64,000 bases of DNA from Eledone cirrhosa (taxonomy: Eukaryota). The notes under the pieces were generated by a model. That model did no database searches and was not told where the DNA came from. It saw only the letters and a list, made by a program, of their open reading frames with translations. The translations under genes were made by a program, and so were the position numbers. The stretch is from NCBI GenBank assembly GCA_964016885.1, contig OZ024743.1:161696001-161760000 (forward strand). Reading direction: 5' to 3'. Of this stretch, positions 56,743-64,000 are shown one piece after another (positions within the stretch are counted from its first letter, which is position 1; the number at the start of each line of letters is the position of its first letter).

Positions 56743-56776
56743 ATATATTATATATATATATATTTATATTTATATA

Positions 56777-56811
<35 letters not shown>

Positions 56812-56813
56812 CT

Positions 56814-56928
56814 TTTGCTGGTTGTAGATTGTGAGTTGGAGATTGGCATTATTTTTATCAGTTGTCATACACTTCGTTTTGGAGATGTTGATGCGTAAGC
56901 AACCCCTCTTGTGCATGTTTGGCCAGTA
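56814..56928 (-). mobile_element. RTE-1-like LINE fragment, inverted duplicate of 51320-51399 plus about 33 further nt
   Basis: Minus strand reads LRINISKTKCMTTDKNNANLQLTIYNQQ. Differs from the plus copy by a 2-nt indel. Confidence 0.85.
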
Positions 56929-56979
56929 TATAAATATATATATATATATAATATATATATATATAAATATATATATATA

Positions 56980-57070
<91 letters not shown>

Positions 57071-57080
57071 AATATATAAT

Positions 57081-57114
<34 letters not shown>

Positions 57115-57194
57115 ATATATATATATAATATATATATATAATATATATATATAATATATATATATATAATATATATATATAATATATATATATA

Positions 57195-57282
<88 letters not shown>

Positions 57283-57290
57283 TATATAAA

Positions 57291-57392
<102 letters not shown>

Positions 57393-57810
57393 ATATAATT
57401 AATATATATATATAATATATATATATATAATATATATATATATAATATATATATATATATATAATATATATATATAATATATATATATATAATATATATA
57501 TATATATATAATATATATATATAATATATATATATATAATATATATATATAATATATATATATATATATAATTAATATATATATATATATATATAATATA
57601 TAATATATATATATAATATATATATATATATAATATATATATATAATATATATATATAATATATATATATAATATATATATATAATATATATAATATATA
57701 TATATATATATAATATATATATATAATATATATATATAATATATATATATATATATAATATATATATATATAATATACATATATAATATATATATATATA
57801 TAATATATAT

Positions 57811-57844
<34 letters not shown>

Positions 57845-57901
57845 ATATATATATATATAATATACATATATAATATATATATATATATATATAATATATA
57901 T

Positions 57902-57935
<34 letters not shown>

Positions 57936-58030
57936 ATATATATATATATATATAATATACATATATAATATATATATATAATATACATATAATATATATA
58001 TATAATATATATATATAATATATATATAAT

Positions 58031-58062
<32 letters not shown>

Positions 58063-58064
58063 AT

Positions 58065-58123
<59 letters not shown>

Positions 58124-58125
58124 AT

Positions 58126-58159
<34 letters not shown>

Positions 58160-58178
58160 ATATATATATATATATATA

Positions 58179-58217
<39 letters not shown>

Positions 58218-58236
58218 TATATAATATATATATATA

Positions 58237-58285
<49 letters not shown>

Positions 58286-58291
58286 TATATA

Positions 58292-58491
58292 NNNNNNNNN
58301 NNNNNNNNNNNNNNNNNNNNNNNNNNNNNNNNNNNNNNNNNNNNNNNNNNNNNNNNNNNNNNNNNNNNNNNNNNNNNNNNNNNNNNNNNNNNNNNNNNNN
58401 NNNNNNNNNNNNNNNNNNNNNNNNNNNNNNNNNNNNNNNNNNNNNNNNNNNNNNNNNNNNNNNNNNNNNNNNNNNNNNNNNNNNNNNNNNN
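58292..58491. other. Assembly gap (200 N)
   Basis: Run of N inside the TA tract. Confidence 0.99.
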
Positions 58492-58711
58492 AATATAATA
58501 TATATATATATATATATAATATATATATATAATATATATATATATATATAATATATAATATATATATATATATATATAATATATATATATAATATATATA
58601 TATAATATATATATATAATATAATATATATATATAATATATATATATAATATATATATATAATATATATATATATATAATATATATATATAATATAATAT
58701 ATATATATAAT

Positions 58712-58745
<34 letters not shown>

Positions 58746-58768
58746 AAATATATATATATATATATAAA

Positions 58769-58800
<32 letters not shown>

Positions 58801-58840
58801 TATATAAATATATATATATATAAAATATATATATAAATAT

Positions 58841-58876
<36 letters not shown>

Positions 58877-58889
58877 ATATATATATAAT

Positions 58890-58948
<59 letters not shown>

Positions 58949-58963
58949 AAATATATATATAAA

Positions 58964-59071
<108 letters not shown>

Positions 59072-59104
59072 ATATATAATATATATATATAATATATATA
59101 TAAT

Positions 59105-59136
<32 letters not shown>

Positions 59137-59137
59137 A

Positions 59138-59201
<64 letters not shown>

Positions 59202-59231
59202 ATATATAATATATATATATATATATAATTA

Positions 59232-59263
<32 letters not shown>

Positions 59264-59364
59264 CATATATAATATATATATATATAATATATATATATAA
59301 TATATATATATATATATAATATATATATATAATATATATATATAATATATATATATATATATAA

Positions 59365-59974
59365 TCATCATCATCATCATCATCATCATCAACGTTTAAC
59401 GTCCGTGTTCCACGCTTGCATGGGTTTGGACGGGGGTAGTCCCACTTGAGGCAAGAGTGATTGTCTTGCTCGCATAGGACTGTCTGGCAGGTTTTCTACA
59501 GTTGGATGCCCTTCCTAACACCAACCACATTTACAGTGTGGGTCTGGGAGGTTTTTACCGTGTTGCCTACACAGCCACATTACAGCGTGGACTGTGTGTT
59601 TTTTTGTCGTGACACCTACACGATCTCATTTGTTTCGGCCTCGATGGCGCGGCACCAACATAACTTTACATAGAACGGGGTGGTGTGGATGGAGTGGGGG
59701 CGGGGGTGGTGGGACGGGGTGTATTTTGTTAGAGATGCCTACTGGCTGGAGTAGGTTTTACTATATATTTAGGTAAGGCGGGTCTTCTCTGTTACTGAGT
59801 ACCGCCAAAGGTCTCGGTCCAGTGACATTGTCTTGGAGAGGTGTAAGTGTGTGATGTCGGAGTTTATCAGCTCGTCCCAGGTTTTTCTAGGTCTGCCTAT
59901 TCCGTGACTACCGTCTATCTTTATTGCCCTGCACTTTGTTATACAGCTATCGACTTTCATGCGCATCACGTGTC
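59365..59974 (-). mobile_element. 5'-truncated RTE, near-identical to the 23411 and 27537 copies
   Basis: Same 3' UTR and C-terminus, (CAT)n tail, TA flanks. Confidence 0.93.
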
Positions 59975-60006
59975 ATATATATATATATATAATATACATA
60001 TATAAT

Positions 60007-60040
<34 letters not shown>

Positions 60041-60185
60041 ATATATATATATATAATATACATATATAATATATAATATATATATATAATATACATATAT
60101 AATATATAATATATATATATATATATACATATATAATATATAATATATATATATAATATACATATATAATATATAATATATATAT

Positions 60186-60228
<43 letters not shown>

Positions 60229-60284
60229 TATATATAATATATATATATAATATATATATATAATATATATATATAATATATAAT

Positions 60285-60318
<34 letters not shown>

Positions 60319-60320
60319 AT

Positions 60321-60369
<49 letters not shown>

Positions 60370-60517
60370 TATATAATATATATATATAATATATATATAT
60401 AATATATATATATATATATAATATATATATATAATATATATATATATAATATATATATATAATATATATATATAATATATATATATAATATATATATATA
60501 TAATATATATATATAAT

Positions 60518-60551
<34 letters not shown>

Positions 60552-60757
60552 AAATATATATATATATATATATATAAAATATATATATATATATATATAA
60601 AATATATATATAAATATATATAAAATATATATATAAATATATATATATAAAATATATATATAAATATATATATATATATAAATATATATATAAATATATA
60701 TATATATATAAATATATATATTTATATATATATATATATAAATATATATATAAATAT

Positions 60758-60790
<33 letters not shown>

Positions 60791-60958
60791 ATATATATAA
60801 ATATATATATTTATATATAATATATATAAAATATATATATAAATATATATATATAAAATATATATATATATATAAAATATATATATATATATAAAATATA
60901 TATATATATATAAAATATATATATATATATAAAATATATATATATATATAAAATATAT

Positions 60959-60989
<31 letters not shown>

Positions 60990-61173
60990 AATATATATAT
61001 ATAAATATATATATATAAATATATGTAGATAAATCTACCAAGAGTTTACGGTAGTGTCCATCCGTATGAAGAACTCAATGTATTCCGGATATCATGGAAA
61101 GATATATAAATATATATATATAAATATATATATATATAAATATATATGTATATAAATATATATATATATAAAT

Positions 61174-61208
<35 letters not shown>

Positions 61209-61211
61209 AAT

Positions 61212-61264
<53 letters not shown>

Positions 61265-61274
61265 TATATATATA

Positions 61275-61314
<40 letters not shown>

Positions 61315-61435
61315 AATATATATATATAAATATATATATATATAAATATATATATATAAATATATATATATATAAATATATATATATATAAATATATATA
61401 TATATAAATATATATATATATAAATATATATAAAT

Positions 61436-61500
<65 letters not shown>

Positions 61501-61515
61501 AATATATATAAATAT

Positions 61516-61612
<97 letters not shown>

Positions 61613-61623
61613 TATATAAATAT

Positions 61624-61654
<31 letters not shown>

Positions 61655-61719
61655 AATATATATATATTTAAATATATATATATATAAATATAAATATATA
61701 TAAATATATATATAAATAT

Positions 61720-61750
<31 letters not shown>

Positions 61751-61751
61751 A

Positions 61752-61802
<51 letters not shown>

Positions 61803-61812
61803 AATATATATA

Positions 61813-62243
61813 TACGATATTAAATAAATGGAAACTATATTTATAAAACCATATATTTCAGGGATATCATATTTCAGGGATATCATATTAAAAATATGGT
61901 ATGCCTTCATCAGACAAAATACAATATAAACAGTCTTATAAATAGATAGATTTGACATACCTTACTTCCATTTAAAAAGTTGAATCAACTTTTTAAATGG
62001 AAGTTGAAGTGTAAGGTATGTCAAATCTATCTATTTATAAGACTGTTTATATTGTATTTTGTCTGATGAAGGCATACCATATTTTTAATATGATATCCCT
62101 GAAATATATATAATGAAATAAATATGGTTTTATAAATATAGTTTCCATTTATTTAATATCGTAAATATACTCCAAATACTTGAGTGCTTTTATATCAGTT
62201 ATAAATATTTACTCGTTGTAATCCAACAATTTAAATAAAACTT

Positions 62244-62246
<3 letters not shown>
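61813..62246. mobile_element. Penelope-like inverted pseudo-LTR remnant: ~350-bp palindrome plus 3' extension
   Basis: Arms 61813-61983 and 61985-62163 with small indels, extension 62164-62246, hammerhead in the arm, TA flanks. Confidence 0.7.
62055..62120 (+). ncRNA. AT-rich hammerhead ribozyme motif
   Basis: TATTTTGT CTGATGA AGG..(long loop)..CCT GAAA TATATA TA ATGAAATA. Stem I pairs with two G-U; stem III is palindromic. Confidence 0.6.
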
Positions 62247-62282
<36 letters not shown>

Positions 62283-62556
62283 TATATATAAAATATATAT
62301 ATATAAAATATATATATAAATATAAATATATAAATATAAATATATAAATATAAATATATAAATATAAATATATAAATATATATATATAAATATATATATA
62401 TAAATATATATATATAAATATATATATATAAATATATATATATAAATATATATATATAAATATATATATATAAATATATATATATAAATATATATATATA
62501 AATATATATATATAAATATATATATATAAATATATATATATAAATATATATATATA

Positions 62557-62619
<63 letters not shown>

Positions 62620-62819
62620 TATCGAGAATCGGAACCTCGGCCCACGAAATAACGAAACACAATCTTCGAAATGTGTGGCAAAGTGCTCAATAGTTTGGAT
62701 AAACCAGAGCTATAACTAACGTTTAAATACCAACACACTGAGACAATGCTTAAACAATCACTCGCACAGCCGAAAAACGCGACCAAGAGAATTCGGGTCA
62801 GACAAATAAAAATATATAT

Positions 62820-62884
<65 letters not shown>

Positions 62885-62885
<1 letters not shown>

Positions 62886-63480
62886 GTGGCTGCCAACTTG
62901 TTTTCGAGTACGGCCACTACTTTATATCCATGTAGGAGAACCCCTACCGATGCGTGTGACTTTGTAGTCCAGCCAGCGACTTGAAAACTCTGGTACAAAC
63001 ACTACACTTGCGACAATTATTGACACATAGTGCTGGGTCCATGGTACCATGTGACGACAAGTGCAGAGAGATCTCCAGATATAAAGCAATGCCTGTGCCG
63101 TGAAGCTTTTATAGTGAGCAAAGGGACTGCACAAAGCCAGTCCCACTCTCTTAACCAAGATGATATTTACCAAAAAGAAGAACAGGTCAACATCATTGGA
63201 TACCATCAGGGTTGCAGGTGTTATATCAGAGTTTTCCTTCTAGAATTCTGCCTTGACAAAGGCTAAGGGGTCATTTCTCCCGGTTATTTTGGATGGCCAT
63301 TGTCTCTTAAGAGCTCCTTTGCCCTTTGACAGGTTTTGTTTTTAGTCCTGCAGGATGTCCAAAATCACCCTCCTCACCAAGAAACCTTGGTGGGGTTGCC
63401 AGTTTAGTAGCCAACGACCCGACCATGAGACTGGTTGTACGAGGATACATGTTACCAGTAGCACCAACTGGTGACCTGAC
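62885..63480 (-). mobile_element. Second, more complete copy of the bipartite LINE derivative
   Basis: Reverse-complement match to 34616-35114, plus about 105 nt of extra 5' sequence. Confidence 0.7.
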
Positions 63481-64000
63481 ATACGTACATACATACAATA
63501 CACAGAAGTAGCAAGGAACTGGCAGCAACTGAATGAAAGAAATCAAATTGAAAAGGAAATAAAATGAAAAAGTAATGACTTTTTCATTTCTTATATATAT
63601 CATATAAAATCGAATTCTTTATATGCATTGCATGAATTTTTATGCCAAACTACTTGCTGCATAAAAACTGCAGTATTTTATTGAACAAGCAGTATTTAAG
63701 GTATTTATGCACGTGTGTGAAATACATAATTATATTTAAGGTGATGTCTTGTATCTAAAGTAGTATAGTTAAGAAATGATATACATTTTATGTAAATTTA
63801 TGTAATGAGTATGATGTAAATATATTTATAGCTTTTAGTTTCTGACACAAATATAAAGTTAAAAGATAACGTGCTAAAAATAGATTCTGATGGATGTCTG
63901 CTGATAGACTTTAATTGAAATTGTGTCTTTGTGTATGTAGAAAAAGAGAAAACAGTAGTGAGAGACAAACGGGAGTATGTATATGAGTGTATATTTAGAA

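Overview
AT-rich, repeat-saturated animal DNA. The SINE and RTE repertoire resembles octopod cephalopods (inference). The only host coding sequence I can support is one 169-nt minus-strand exon (22417-22585) of a PRKX/PKA-C3-type Ser/Thr kinase, so most of the window is probably its large introns. The rest comprises about 15 RTE-clade LINE pieces of several subfamilies (one with an uninterrupted 1039-aa APE-RT ORF), two dead DD37D/maT DNA transposons, tRNA-derived SINEs, a CR1-like relic, very long compound (TA)n tracts and a 200-N gap. The most notable signal is non-coding: a head-to-tail array of 11 apparently identical 465-bp units (51397-56586). Each unit carries a textbook minimal type I hammerhead ribozyme at the tip of a long stem, within a highly base-paired monomer, making it a candidate retrozyme or viroid-like circular RNA locus. 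Three dispersed, diverged relatives with the same ribozyme architecture and covarying hairpins occur at 7504-9427, 37785-38000 and 45661-46303. Penelope-like palindromic inserts with further hammerheads occur at 34181-34535 and 61813-62246. All structure calls were made by eye; no folding, alignment or database search was run.
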